The notes under the pieces are model-generated. The model saw only the letters and a list, made by a program, of their open reading frames with translations, was not told the origin of the DNA and made no database searches. From a virus (lineage: Duplodnaviria > Caudoviricetes): 25,878 bases of DNA. The stretch covers positions 1-25,878 of the IMG/VR virus record IMGVR_UViG_3300044715_001315; one strand, 5' to 3'. How positions within the stretch are numbered: position 1 is the first letter of the stretch; each line of letters opens with the position of its first letter. Shown piece by piece: positions 14,549-24,281 of this stretch. The translations under genes were made by a program, and so were the position numbers.

Positions 14549-14567
14549 GCTCAAAAGGAGAGTGAAT

Positions 14568-15494
14568 ATGACCATTGCTGCAACCTCGCAAACCCGCTTG
14601 GCCTTTGTTAAAGAGGTAGCCTACGGCGTTACCCCGGCGAACCCTTCCTTTGAAAACGTGCGCTACACGGGCGACACGCTGAAGCACAACCGCCAGACGA
14701 TCACCAGTAACGAAATCCGCCCAGACCGCAACGTGGCTGATTTGATCCAGGTAGGCGGCGGCGCGGAGGGCGCAATCAACTACGAGCTTTCCTACGGCTC
14801 GTTTGATGATTTCCTTGAAGCAGCGCTCTGCAGTGCATGGGCGCTGGACAAGATCAAAAATGGCACCAGCCTGAGCAGCTTCACGTTTGAGAAAACCTTT
14901 GAGCAGGGCGCTACTGATACCTTCATTCGCTACACCGGCATGATGGTGAACGGCTTCTCGCTGAATATCCAAACCCAGCAGATCGTAACCGGTTCGTTTA
15001 CCTTCATGGGTAAGGGCGGTAGCGTGGGCAATGCCATTCTGGCTGGCGCCACCTATACCGGCGCGCCGACTACGGATGTCATGAACGCTGGTGTTAATTT
15101 CGCCAATCTCAGCATTACCGGTGCGGGCACGCCGAAACTTACCGGACTCACGCTGGAAGTGAATAACAACATGCGCCAGCAGGCCGTGGTGGGCAGCATC
15201 GAGAATGCGGGCGTGGGCCTTGGCCGCTGCGTCGTGACCGGCACCGCTACCATGTATTTCGAGAACAAAAGCGCGCTTGAGCTGTTCCTGAATGGCACCG
15301 CGACCGATCTTTCCTTCACCATCGGCGGTGCGACGGAAGATCAGTACATCTTCACCATTCCTAAGCTGAAGTTCAGCGATGGCGATGCGCCGGTGCCAGG
15401 CAATGACCAAGACGTGATCCTGACGCTGCCTTTCCAGGGTCTGTTTGATTCGACCTTGGGCGCGACCATCGAGATCGAGCGCGTACCGGCCTAG
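14568..15494 (+). CDS. Major tail (tube) protein
   Basis: EVAYGVTP, SNEIRPDR, GAINYELSYGSFDDFLEAAL, SFTFEK and VTGT.T.YF motifs. SD AAGGAG. Confidence 0.9.
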   Translation: MTIAATSQTRLAFVKEVAYGVTPANPSFENVRYTGDTLKHNRQTITSNEIRPDRNVADLIQVGGGAEGAINYELSYGSFDDFLEAALCSAWALDKIKNGTSLSSFTFEKTFEQGATDTFIRYTGMMVNGFSLNIQTQQIVTGSFTFMGKGGSVGNAILAGATYTGAPTTDVMNAGVNFANLSITGAGTPKLTGLTLEVNNNMRQQAVVGSIENAGVGLGRCVVTGTATMYFENKSALELFLNGTATDLSFTIGGATEDQYIFTIPKLKFSDGDAPVPGNDQDVILTLPFQGLFDSTLGATIEIERVPA

Positions 15495-15583
15495 CGCTAA
15501 GAATACCGCTCCGATGGCGGTCATTTATGGGGAGAGTGGTTTCATCGGGTGCCATTCTCCCCACCCAACCCGATGAGGAAAAT

Positions 15584-16078
15584 ATGACTACGAAAACTCG
15601 CAAGAGCATTGAAAACACCAGCAATACATTGATCGACGCAATGATTGATACCTTGCGCGCAAATCATGAAATCAATGAATATGCCGCACGTGAAGAAGGT
15701 ATCCCATATTATGGGCTTGGGGGTGTTGTTCTATACGTAAAACATGCCGCTCTCTCAACGCGAAGCTACGCGCTGGCATTCCAAAAGCGTAGTGATGCCT
15801 TTAATCGCAAAACGGCGACACTGCAAAAAGATGATCCTGAATACAAGGCGCTGACAATCCGCTTGATGGCAGAGGTGGTCGCCGAGGCAGTCATTACGCG
15901 CATTGAGACGGCTGAAGGAAACCAGCTCCCATGGGGTAAGGGCGAAAAAGAAAAGTTCGTGAATCTCCTTTGCGACATCCCCCACAAGCAAGATGAGCTT
16001 GTTTCGTTCGCCTCCAATATCACCAACTACAGCAAGAAGCTGCTTGAGGCCCAAGCAAAAAACTCCGCGAAGTCCTAA
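15584..16078 (+). CDS. Tail assembly chaperone (gpG-like)
   Basis: Lies between the tube and tape measure genes and ends ...AQAKNS with a slippery site. SD GAGG precedes ATG 15584. Confidence 0.8.
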   Translation: MTTKTRKSIENTSNTLIDAMIDTLRANHEINEYAAREEGIPYYGLGGVVLYVKHAALSTRSYALAFQKRSDAFNRKTATLQKDDPEYKALTIRLMAEVVAEAVITRIETAEGNQLPWGKGEKEKFVNLLCDIPHKQDELVSFASNITNYSKKLLEAQAKNSAKS

Positions 16079-16398
16079 TCTGGCATCGTCGCTGGGGCGA
16101 TAAGCTCAAGGATCTTGAGGCGGTGGCCGAGCAAGGCATTACCCCACAAGCTCTCCTTGAGCGCCCCACGCTTATGCCGGGTTTGGACGTCTATTTGACC
16201 GCCTACCACGAACTGCTTCACGACCGAGCAATCGGTATGGCTGCGGGCACCATTCCATGGTCTTCGATGCAGCGTTGGGCCGTAGTGCACGGCATTGATG
16301 ACATAGACGATTTGGCCGCTTTTGAGGATTTCCTGCGTGAGCTGGAAGCCGCTGACCGTAAGTTTGAACAAGAAAACCCACGCACGAAAGGATCATGA
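16057..16398 (+). CDS. -1 frameshift extension of the tail chaperone (gpGT-like)
   Basis: A AAA AAC at 16057-16063. The -1 frame is open: LREVLIWHRRWG...YHELLHDRAIGMAAGTIPWSSM..W, stop at 16398. Confidence 0.8.
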   Translation, partial: KKLREVLIWHRRWGDKLKDLEAVAEQGITPQALLERPTLMPGLDVYLTAYHELLHDRAIGMAAGTIPWSSMQRWAVVHGIDDIDDLAAFEDFLRELEAADRKFEQENPRTKGS

Positions 16399-16402
16399 CG
16401 AT

Positions 16403-19400
16403 ATGAATGATGTCGGTATTGATCTAATCCTGCGTGGGCAAATGGCTGGCGGCAAAGCGGTTCAGCGTGCGCTTGATGATGTAGAAAAATCGGCAGACAA
16501 AGCTACTGGCGCGCTGAGCGAAGTAGAGAAGCAGACCGGGAAAACCGGGCAGGCATCCAACCGAGCGGCCGCCGCCATTGGTCAGCTGGATAGCATAATT
16601 GGGCTTCTTCAAGCGCATTTAAAGGCGAGCGAGCATGGCACCCTCCGCTTAGAGAAGGCATTCGCGCAAGGCGGTTCCGCAGCGGCAAAGCTTGCAGAAG
16701 AAACTAAGGATGCAGTTACGGCGACGCTCGCCGCTGCCAAGGCAGCCGATGAGGCCGCACGCGCAGAAGATAGACTCTCAGCGTCTACCAAGCGCGTCGT
16801 CACGACTTTCGAGAGTATGGAATCTCGTGTTGGTGCCGCCGAGCGCCGTTTGAAAGAGCTAGCTCTTTCCGGCAAAGGAAATAGTGAGCGTTTCCAGCGA
16901 TTGGCTGCGCAAACGACTGAATATCGAAGCGCCTTAACCCAAGCCGAAAGCGCCGTAGCTAAAGCCACAGGCAGCATGCAACACAGCACAGATGCTGCCG
17001 ATTTAATGCGACGCACGCTAATTGGACTCAGTGGTGCGCTTGGAGTGCGTGAGGCGATTCGATTTTCGGATCAGATAACGATTATGGAAACCCGTTTGCG
17101 CAATGTCACGCGCGGAGCGGATGATTTTCGCCAAAAATTTGATGCTCTCTTTGCGGTCGCGCAGCGCAATGGTGATGTATTCAATGATTTAGTCGGAAGC
17201 TATGTCCAGCTGAATACAGCTTTGCCGGATAGCGTTCGCTACACCACCGATCTCGTTAAAATCACCGATTTGCTATCGCGGGGGTTTGCTGCCTCCGGTA
17301 CATCGGCGCAGGCATCAAGCGCCGTGATGATTCAATTGACGCAAGGGTTGGCGGGTAATTTTGCAAACGCTTCGCAAGAAATCAATTCGTTGATCGAAGG
17401 CGCGCCGCTACTTGCCAGAACGATTGCTGAACAGTTGGGCGGAAAAGCAGCTACTGATCTCAAAAAATTTGCGACGGAAGGCAAGCTAACCGCCGAAACA
17501 TTTATGCAAGCCCTTCTCGATGCAGAAGGCGCTATTGCTAAAATGGAGCTGCCGCCAACCATTGGTCGCTCATGGGAGCGTGTTACCAACGAAATCACGC
17601 GCATGGGCAGCGAAAGTGCCACCTTAGAAGCGGTGGCAACAGGATTGGCTGGCACTCTAGACTTCGTTGCTGAAAATATGGACACAGTTATTGCTGGCGT
17701 GACTGTATTGGCGGGGGCAATTGTAGGATCGCTTGTCCCGGCTATGCTGTCCGCCGTTAAAACGGCGGCCCTACTGGCGGCTGGTCTTGCGACAGGACCT
17801 GGCGCCGTGTTTATTGCGGTGGGCGCAGCAGCTGGGGCATTGCTCCTGTTGGCGGATAGAACCACAGAAGTAGATAGAATCCAGCAACAGAATGCGACGA
17901 CGCTTGATAAGGTACGAGAGCTTAATGAAAAAATGGCTCAGGCTAGCGGAAAAACTGCTGAAGCGCTGCGCGAGGAGCGCGAGGAAATCTTCCAAACGAC
18001 CCTGCAGCGTATTAATGCTACAAAAGCGCTGCTTAATGAGGCAATCGCACGCCAGCAGATTGTAGATAGCCAGAATAGCCGTGCGGGTGCCGGCGGTATT
18101 TGGGGCGGCATGGCTGTAAGCCAAGCCTCCACCGAAACGCAGAATCTCAGGGATCAGCTCAATGAAATGAGCAATGGTCTTAATGACCTGCTTGACGAAA
18201 TGTATGCCCCCAAACCGGCGACAGCAAAAAGCGTGGTTCAGCGGAGCGCTGAAGATGCAGATAGGGCAAAGAAATCCCACGACGAACTGCAAAAAGCCAT
18301 CAATGGATCCAAAACAGCCGAAGAGCAGCTGATTGATGAAATTGCCAAAATGGAGGGCATGCGCCCGCTGGCGGATGCAAGAGGCAAGGCCGAAGATTTG
18401 GCAGAAGCCATAGCGCGAGCCAACGATGAGCTAGACCAGCTCCGCATCCAATCGGAGCGCAATGGGCCCGTTGCCCGCGCATTTGAAAGCCTTACCAACC
18501 AGATTGATGATGGCATGCGGGAGTCTTTTCGTGAGGCATTCGTGGCCAGTGATAGGGGCTGGAAATCGCTGCTGGATGGATGGAAGGCTGGTTTTAAGGC
18601 GTTCCTGGCGGAGATTGCATACACTGCGCTCATGCGTCCGATTGTTCTGCAGTTGGCGGGCGGAATTGGTGCAAGTATTGGCCTATCAAGTGGAACGCTT
18701 AGCCAAATCATGGGCGAGCAAGGGGCCAGCGGATTAGGCGGTCTATTCGGTGGCGGCAGCGTCTTTAGCCTGAGCAATCTTTCCAGTATCGGCGGCCTTC
18801 TCAATGGCGGGCTTTTCAGCGGCACTCTTGCGGGCGTTGGGCAGGGAATTGGCAATATCATTTCCGGGGTGCCATGGGGGGCGGCGTATGGCCCGCAATT
18901 GCCCGGCGTGGCTGGCGTTTCTGGTCTCGGCACCACGCTCGGCAGTGCATTTGGCAATCTTGGTTATGGTGCGCTTGGCGGTTTTGGCGCGAGTATGCTT
19001 GGTCTGGGTAGCCAAAATGCCTATGTTAATGCAGGTTTCGGCACAGTCGGCTCTTTGATCGGAGGCGGTGCTTTCGGGCCTTTAGGCGCAGCGGCGGGCG
19101 GGTTTATTGGCACGGCGGTTGGCGGTCTATTCGGTGGCAAGAGCATTCCCTCACAATACATCGGAGCGCAGATTGGAACTGATAACGGCCTGTTTGCTAA
19201 TGGTGCTTTTGGCTCAGATGAGGCCAATGCCAGCGCTATTGAATCATACCGAACGCTGCAGCAAACAACGACCGATAGCCTGAATAGCCTGCTTACCCTT
19301 ATGGGGGCGACAGTCGGCGCAGCCCCTACGCTGGAATATAATACCAGCGGGAAACGCGATGGCGGCCGCATTCGCGTGGGTGTTGGCGGCATTCACACGC

Positions 19401-20341
19401 TCGGCGGAACACAAAGCGCAATGAACACGCAGGCGGTGTTCACGGACGCAGAAGATGCTGTAAATTACGCGGTATTGACCACACTACAAAACTCGCGTCT
19501 TGATGGCATCGGCAGCCAATTGGAGGCTTATTTTAAGAAGGCCCTGAGCGCATCAACTAGTGTAGAGCAGGCAATGAGCGATATTCAGCTCATTCAGAAC
19601 ATATTCGGCGATACTGAAGACGCAACGCAAACGGCTGCCGAGGCCATTGCTTCGATCAATGAACAGTTTGACGCAATGCTCGCTCGCGCCAAAGCTCTTG
19701 GCTTGCCGATGGATGAGGTCAATGCCAAGCTTGAGGAGCAACGCGATGCATCCATTGGGCTGGTGCGCGCGATGGATGCTGGCTTCCAATCCATGGAGGC
19801 GATGAAGGCGACGTTTGATAGCTGGCTTTACGATCAAAGTCTTGGCTCCACAAGTACGCTCTCCCCGACGCAAAAGCTATTGGAGGCGCAAGACAATTTT
19901 GGCAGCCTTCTTGAGCAAATCCGTGGCGGAGATTCGGCGAAGACGCAGGAGCTTTTGGCCTCTGCCACGCAGTTGCTTCAGCTCGGCCAGAATATGTACG
20001 CCAGTAGCGTCGATTTTGCCCTTCTTGAGACATTTGTGCGCGATAGCATCGGCAGCGTCGCCAGGCAATTGGGCGTGCAGGGGTATGCAACCGGCACAAT
20101 GTCCGCGCGCACGGGCGTGCGTTGGGTAGGCGAGCGAGGCCCGGAATTGGTCAATTTCAAAGGCGGCGAGCGCGTTTATAATGCAGAGGAAAGCAAGATG
20201 CTGGCGCGTAGCGGTGCCACGAATGACGCGCGCTTTGTCGCAATGGATGAGAGCATAACTGGAATGCGCGAAGATATAGGGCGCATGACGAAGCAATTGA
20301 GTCGCGTTGCTAACCAAATGATCGTTTCGGGGCGCAAGTAA
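16403..20341 (+). CDS. Tail tape measure protein (~1312 aa)
   Basis: Ala-rich and helical, with a tape-measure domain (QLTQGLAG...EINSLIEGAP), a Gly-rich segment and C-terminal GYATG...VGERGPELV. SD AAAGGA upstream. Confidence 0.93.
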   Translation: MNDVGIDLILRGQMAGGKAVQRALDDVEKSADKATGALSEVEKQTGKTGQASNRAAAAIGQLDSIIGLLQAHLKASEHGTLRLEKAFAQGGSAAAKLAEETKDAVTATLAAAKAADEAARAEDRLSASTKRVVTTFESMESRVGAAERRLKELALSGKGNSERFQRLAAQTTEYRSALTQAESAVAKATGSMQHSTDAADLMRRTLIGLSGALGVREAIRFSDQITIMETRLRNVTRGADDFRQKFDALFAVAQRNGDVFNDLVGSYVQLNTALPDSVRYTTDLVKITDLLSRGFAASGTSAQASSAVMIQLTQGLAGNFANASQEINSLIEGAPLLARTIAEQLGGKAATDLKKFATEGKLTAETFMQALLDAEGAIAKMELPPTIGRSWERVTNEITRMGSESATLEAVATGLAGTLDFVAENMDTVIAGVTVLAGAIVGSLVPAMLSAVKTAALLAAGLATGPGAVFIAVGAAAGALLLLADRTTEVDRIQQQNATTLDKVRELNEKMAQASGKTAEALREEREEIFQTTLQRINATKALLNEAIARQQIVDSQNSRAGAGGIWGGMAVSQASTETQNLRDQLNEMSNGLNDLLDEMYAPKPATAKSVVQRSAEDADRAKKSHDELQKAINGSKTAEEQLIDEIAKMEGMRPLADARGKAEDLAEAIARANDELDQLRIQSERNGPVARAFESLTNQIDDGMRESFREAFVASDRGWKSLLDGWKAGFKAFLAEIAYTALMRPIVLQLAGGIGASIGLSSGTLSQIMGEQGASGLGGLFGGGSVFSLSNLSSIGGLLNGGLFSGTLAGVGQGIGNIISGVPWGAAYGPQLPGVAGVSGLGTTLGSAFGNLGYGALGGFGASMLGLGSQNAYVNAGFGTVGSLIGGGAFGPLGAAAGGFIGTAVGGLFGGKSIPSQYIGAQIGTDNGLFANGAFGSDEANASAIESYRTLQQTTTDSLNSLLTLMGATVGAAPTLEYNTSGKRDGGRIRVGVGGIHTLGGTQSAMNTQAVFTDAEDAVNYAVLTTLQNSRLDGIGSQLEAYFKKALSASTSVEQAMSDIQLIQNIFGDTEDATQTAAEAIASINEQFDAMLARAKALGLPMDEVNAKLEEQRDASIGLVRAMDAGFQSMEAMKATFDSWLYDQSLGSTSTLSPTQKLLEAQDNFGSLLEQIRGGDSAKTQELLASATQLLQLGQNMYASSVDFALLETFVRDSIGSVARQLGVQGYATGTMSARTGVRWVGERGPELVNFKGGERVYNAEESKMLARSGATNDARFVAMDESITGMREDIGRMTKQLSRVANQMIVSGRK

Positions 20342-22018
20342 ATGCTTGGGTTTTCTGCATTTGGCGTGATTCCTCACGGGGATATTTTGCCGGAAAACGA
20401 TTTAAGCGTGAAAGACCCGTTCTGGCGCTTAATGCAGTTACCCTATGCGCCTTTACGTTACCTGATCGAGCTTTATCCTTACGATAGCGTCCTGCCGGTA
20501 GAAATCCATATGCTGCCCGGACCGATCGGCATGGGAGCTTTTGGGCAATTGACGGCATCCTATTTGGGTGGCGTTTCTCCGGTGTATCTTTCTGATCATC
20601 ATTTTATTACGGAGCCTGGCGACGTTCCTGCCAACTGTTATTTTGAGCCGGTGGTAGATAATCCGCTGCAATATGACATGAGCCTTATTCGCGGCGATGA
20701 AATCGGCATCAGCACGCCCACCTATGGGGCGATTGAAATACGCAATGGCGATGGTGGCCTAGATGCGCTCCTTGGTAAAAATTGGAAGGGTCGAAGAATC
20801 GTAGTGAAGGCAGGTGCAGATAAATTCGCATATGCCGATTACGCGACGGTTTTTGACGGGCTTTGCAGTGGCATTGAGGCAGATGACAGAAACATCATTA
20901 TCACCGTGGGCGATCTTGGATTGCGGCTCGATAAACTCATCTATTCTAGCACCTATGCCGGCACGGGCGGGCTTGAGGGGGGTAATGATCTTGTTGGGCG
21001 AATGAAGCCGCTTGCCTACGGAAAGTGCTTCAATATCGAGCCTTTGTTGGTCGATGCCGCCAACCTGATTTATCAGGCTCATGCAGGAAGCATGCATGCT
21101 TTTGACGCCGTATATGATAGCGGTGTGGCGCTGACGCTGGACATGGACTACGCAGATATTCTTTTGGCGAATCCTGGAGCAGGCGAATATGCGACTTGTA
21201 GGGCTACGGGACATATCAAGCTTGGATCAACGCCTCTTGGGCGCATCACTGCAAATATTCGCGGCGACGCTTCACAGGGTTATATAAGCCAAACTGGCGC
21301 AATCTGCTCGCGTCTGGCGACCACTCTGTATGAGAGCGATAGCTTCCGCGTTGATGACTTGGATACGGCGGCATGGGCAAAGCTCGATACAGATATGCCG
21401 GGAGATATTGGCTTATATGTTACCGAGCAGCAGACCCTGCGCTCTATGCTGGATGGATTGCTATCTCCCTTTGGGTCTTACTGGTATTTCACGCGCTACG
21501 GGCGACTTTCTGTTGGCTGCATTGACAGCTCGACTGAGCCATCACTTTCGTTAAGCGATAATGACATCGAATCTAGCGGCGCTGAAATGGTTAATGTAAT
21601 GGCCCCGTCTTGGCGCATTAGTGTTGCTTACGCACCTGTTTGGACGGTTCAGGCGGAGGATGAATTGGTTGGGGCTGCTTCCGTTACCCAGCGTACATTT
21701 GTTGGCAATCAATATCGGCTAAGCACTTCAGAGAATCGTGCATTGTTTGCTACGCATTACGAACCTACGGAGCGTATTTTTTACACAAACTTAACAGATA
21801 AAGTCGCCGCCGATGCACTTCTCGAGCGGATGAAGCGGATTTATGGGCGGGAACGTCGAGTGTATCGCGCGACCGTTCATGGCAGCATGTTCCGGGTGTT
21901 TCTGAGTGATGCGGTCAATTTCAAATATAGCCGACTAAAAGTAAACGCACCTATGCGTGTTGTCGGAATTTCGGAGGATGCAGAAAGCGCCTCTACCACC
22001 TTGGAACTCTGGGGCTAG
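20342..22018 (+). CDS. Tail tip/hub protein
   Basis: Follows the tape measure gene. YAGTGGLEG...G.MKPLAYGKCFNIEP.LVD...LIYQ motif of proteobacterial siphovirus tail proteins. Confidence 0.7.
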   Translation: MLGFSAFGVIPHGDILPENDLSVKDPFWRLMQLPYAPLRYLIELYPYDSVLPVEIHMLPGPIGMGAFGQLTASYLGGVSPVYLSDHHFITEPGDVPANCYFEPVVDNPLQYDMSLIRGDEIGISTPTYGAIEIRNGDGGLDALLGKNWKGRRIVVKAGADKFAYADYATVFDGLCSGIEADDRNIIITVGDLGLRLDKLIYSSTYAGTGGLEGGNDLVGRMKPLAYGKCFNIEPLLVDAANLIYQAHAGSMHAFDAVYDSGVALTLDMDYADILLANPGAGEYATCRATGHIKLGSTPLGRITANIRGDASQGYISQTGAICSRLATTLYESDSFRVDDLDTAAWAKLDTDMPGDIGLYVTEQQTLRSMLDGLLSPFGSYWYFTRYGRLSVGCIDSSTEPSLSLSDNDIESSGAEMVNVMAPSWRISVAYAPVWTVQAEDELVGAASVTQRTFVGNQYRLSTSENRALFATHYEPTERIFYTNLTDKVAADALLERMKRIYGRERRVYRATVHGSMFRVFLSDAVNFKYSRLKVNAPMRVVGISEDAESASTTLELWG

Positions 22019-22019
22019 A

Positions 22020-22835
22020 ATGACAAATATGATGCTTGCCACGCCGCTATTTAGCGACGGAGCGACTCTTTCGGGATCTGCGGTGGCGGCATCGTTACCG
22101 TTAAGCAACCTTCAGCGCACGCCCATTGGAAGAATAACTCGCTTTATTACGCCCGGCGCTGTGCGCCTTGTGATTGATTTGGGAGATTCCTCTAAAGCGG
22201 CAAATCTGGTTGCGTTACTTTCTCATAACGGTTCCATTTGGGGAACGGCACGGGTAAGAGCCGCCAACACTGAGGCGGATTTGCTTGGAAGCCCAATTTA
22301 TGACAGTGAAATGTTGCCGGTTCGCAGCAATATTGAAACGCTAGGATACGATAATGCTGGAAGCCTTGAAAAGAACCACTTTATTCATGCTCTAAGCGAA
22401 CGCATCATCGCCAGATATTGGAGCATTGACGTATCCGATGCTGGGTTGCCTTATTTTGATGTTGGCCGTCTCTACGTTTCTGAGGCATTCCAGCCCAGCG
22501 TAAATATGGATTACGGCACGCAGGAGGGAATAATTGATCCCTCGGCTATTCAGCGCACGGTTGGCGGCCGTGTAGTGCCGCTAGAGCGTAAAAAATACCG
22601 ATTTATATCGCTGCAGCTTTCGTTTGGCAGTGAAGACGAAATGTTTGGCGCACTCTATCAGATCGACAGCACGAGAGGAACGACGAGGGATGTGCTGTTT
22701 ATCCATGATTGCGATAAAAAGCCGCTCTTACAGAAGCGAACCATTTATGGACGCATGAGTGAAATGAATCCGGTGACGAACGACTATTATCGGCTGTTTC
22801 AGAAGTCTTACCGCATTGAAGAAATTATAGAATAG
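22020..22835 (+). CDS. Minor tail protein
   Basis: Beta-rich. ARYWSIDV.D....YFDVGRLY....FQP..NM.YG....DPS motif. Synteny. Confidence 0.65.
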   Translation: MTNMMLATPLFSDGATLSGSAVAASLPLSNLQRTPIGRITRFITPGAVRLVIDLGDSSKAANLVALLSHNGSIWGTARVRAANTEADLLGSPIYDSEMLPVRSNIETLGYDNAGSLEKNHFIHALSERIIARYWSIDVSDAGLPYFDVGRLYVSEAFQPSVNMDYGTQEGIIDPSAIQRTVGGRVVPLERKKYRFISLQLSFGSEDEMFGALYQIDSTRGTTRDVLFIHDCDKKPLLQKRTIYGRMSEMNPVTNDYYRLFQKSYRIEEIIE

Positions 22836-22843
22836 AGGGAATC

Positions 22844-24181
22844 ATGGCGATTAAATATGCCGATCGTGTTTTGGAAACCAGCACGACGCAGGGAACCGGA
22901 ACACTCAATCTAATTGGGGCAACAAGCGGCTTCCAATCCTTTGTTGATGGCGTCGGCGATGACGCCAATGTTTCTTACTTTATCAGCGATGGCCAATCCT
23001 GGGAGTCGGGCATTGGCCATGTGACCTCGGGCACGCCCGATACGTTATCTCGTGACCGAATCATCGACTCATCGGAGGGCGGTTCGCCGATTAATTGGGG
23101 GCCGGGTGTTCGCAACGTATTCCTGTCTGCTTCGGCAACAATGCTGTTGTGGCGCGATGAAAATGGCAACAACACCAATGAAATGGGGGCAAGCTCTGGG
23201 ACCGCAAATGCTCACATCGTAGAGTATGGGCATACTATTGCAGCGTACAGCGATCGCATGCGCATTGTATGGCTTGCGCCAGCTGATAATACGGGGAACG
23301 TTACTGTAAATGTGAATGAGCTCGGAGCAAAAAGCTATGTGCGTCGTGACGAAACCGAGTTTCCGAGCGGCCAAGTGAAGGCTGGCCAACTTCAGGAAGG
23401 ATTTTACATTGAGGCTATCGATAAAATCGTGGGGAATACAGTTCCCAGGGAAGTTTCCACTAACGATGTGCAAGATGGCGCTATAACCGGCCCAAAACTG
23501 GGGGCGAAGTCGGTCGGTAACTCTAAATTAGCGGATGCTCCGGCGTATTCAATCAAACTGAATCCTACCGCTGTACCGGCTAGCCCTTCCGATCTTGAGT
23601 TGCCCACTTCCCGTTTGATAGGTCGAGGATCTAGCGGCGGGACCGGATTAATTGATGTTGGCGGGAATCTGTCATTTAGCGGGTCAACTCTGCGATCATC
23701 CGTATTGAATGTCGGGGGGTCATCATTTACTGGCGTGAATGCTTTTGCATTAAGTGGAATTCCGGCGGGCGTTAATACGGTAGACCTGTTGATTCAAGGC
23801 GCTTCTACGAATGGAACGAACCAGTTTGCCATGCAACTGGTTGTTGGGGGGGGCACGATCTCTTCGGGGTACGTTGGAAGTGCGATTTCATCAAATGGGG
23901 CGGGCAATAGCGTTTCCAACCATTCATCGGGATTTGTACTCGAGTCTTCTTCTACGGTGGCGGCGGATGATAGATACGGACGGGTGACGTTGCGACGCTC
24001 TTCCAATGGAGGAAATCTGTGGTTTATGACGAGTGAATTAAGCGTTGGAAGTCGTGGGTTTCTTACCCGCGCGACTGGGTGTGTGAATGTTGGCGCCGAA
24101 CTAACGGGTGTGCTGTTTCGGGCAGGCTTTGGCAGCGATGTTTTTGATGCCGGCGCTGTTTATGTTTCATATTCGCACTAA
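22844..24181 (+). CDS. Tail fibre / receptor-binding protein
   Basis: N-terminal anchor ADRVLETSTTQGTGTLNL.GA..GFQSF, NTGNVTVNVN.LG, a DGAIT..KL repeat unit and a Ser/Gly-rich beta C-terminus. Confidence 0.8.
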   Translation: MAIKYADRVLETSTTQGTGTLNLIGATSGFQSFVDGVGDDANVSYFISDGQSWESGIGHVTSGTPDTLSRDRIIDSSEGGSPINWGPGVRNVFLSASATMLLWRDENGNNTNEMGASSGTANAHIVEYGHTIAAYSDRMRIVWLAPADNTGNVTVNVNELGAKSYVRRDETEFPSGQVKAGQLQEGFYIEAIDKIVGNTVPREVSTNDVQDGAITGPKLGAKSVGNSKLADAPAYSIKLNPTAVPASPSDLELPTSRLIGRGSSGGTGLIDVGGNLSFSGSTLRSSVLNVGGSSFTGVNAFALSGIPAGVNTVDLLIQGASTNGTNQFAMQLVVGGGTISSGYVGSAISSNGAGNSVSNHSSGFVLESSSTVAADDRYGRVTLRRSSNGGNLWFMTSELSVGSRGFLTRATGCVNVGAELTGVLFRAGFGSDVFDAGAVYVSYSH

Positions 24182-24216
24182 ATCATCGCCACAATAAGTT
24201 GCTTGCCGAGCGACTT

Positions 24217-24247
24217 GAGGGCTGCCTTTGGGCGGCCCTCTTTTTTT
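24217..24247 (+). terminator. Intrinsic terminator between tail and lysis modules
   Basis: GAGGGCTGCC-TTTG-GGCGGCCCTC-TTTTTTT. Confidence 0.88.
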
Positions 24248-24281
24248 GCAAACTTTATAAAACAACAAAGGACACTTTATA

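Noticed and set aside
14544-15524. 326-aa minus-strand ORF, and similar long antisense ORFs at 7728-8417, 2547-3182, 6618-7142 and 18238-18957
   Set aside because: They lie opposite well-supported plus-strand genes and have no motifs or RBS. They are shadow ORFs of GC-biased codon usage.
18650-19200. Gly-rich quasi-repeats in the tape measure gene as a repeat array or CRISPR
   Set aside because: Low-complexity protein-level Gly/Leu/Ala pattern common in TMPs. There are no fixed nucleotide repeats with spacers.
22844-24280. Diversity-generating retroelement or invertible fibre cassette
   Set aside because: No reverse transcriptase, recombinase, or duplicated template/variable repeat seen in the window.
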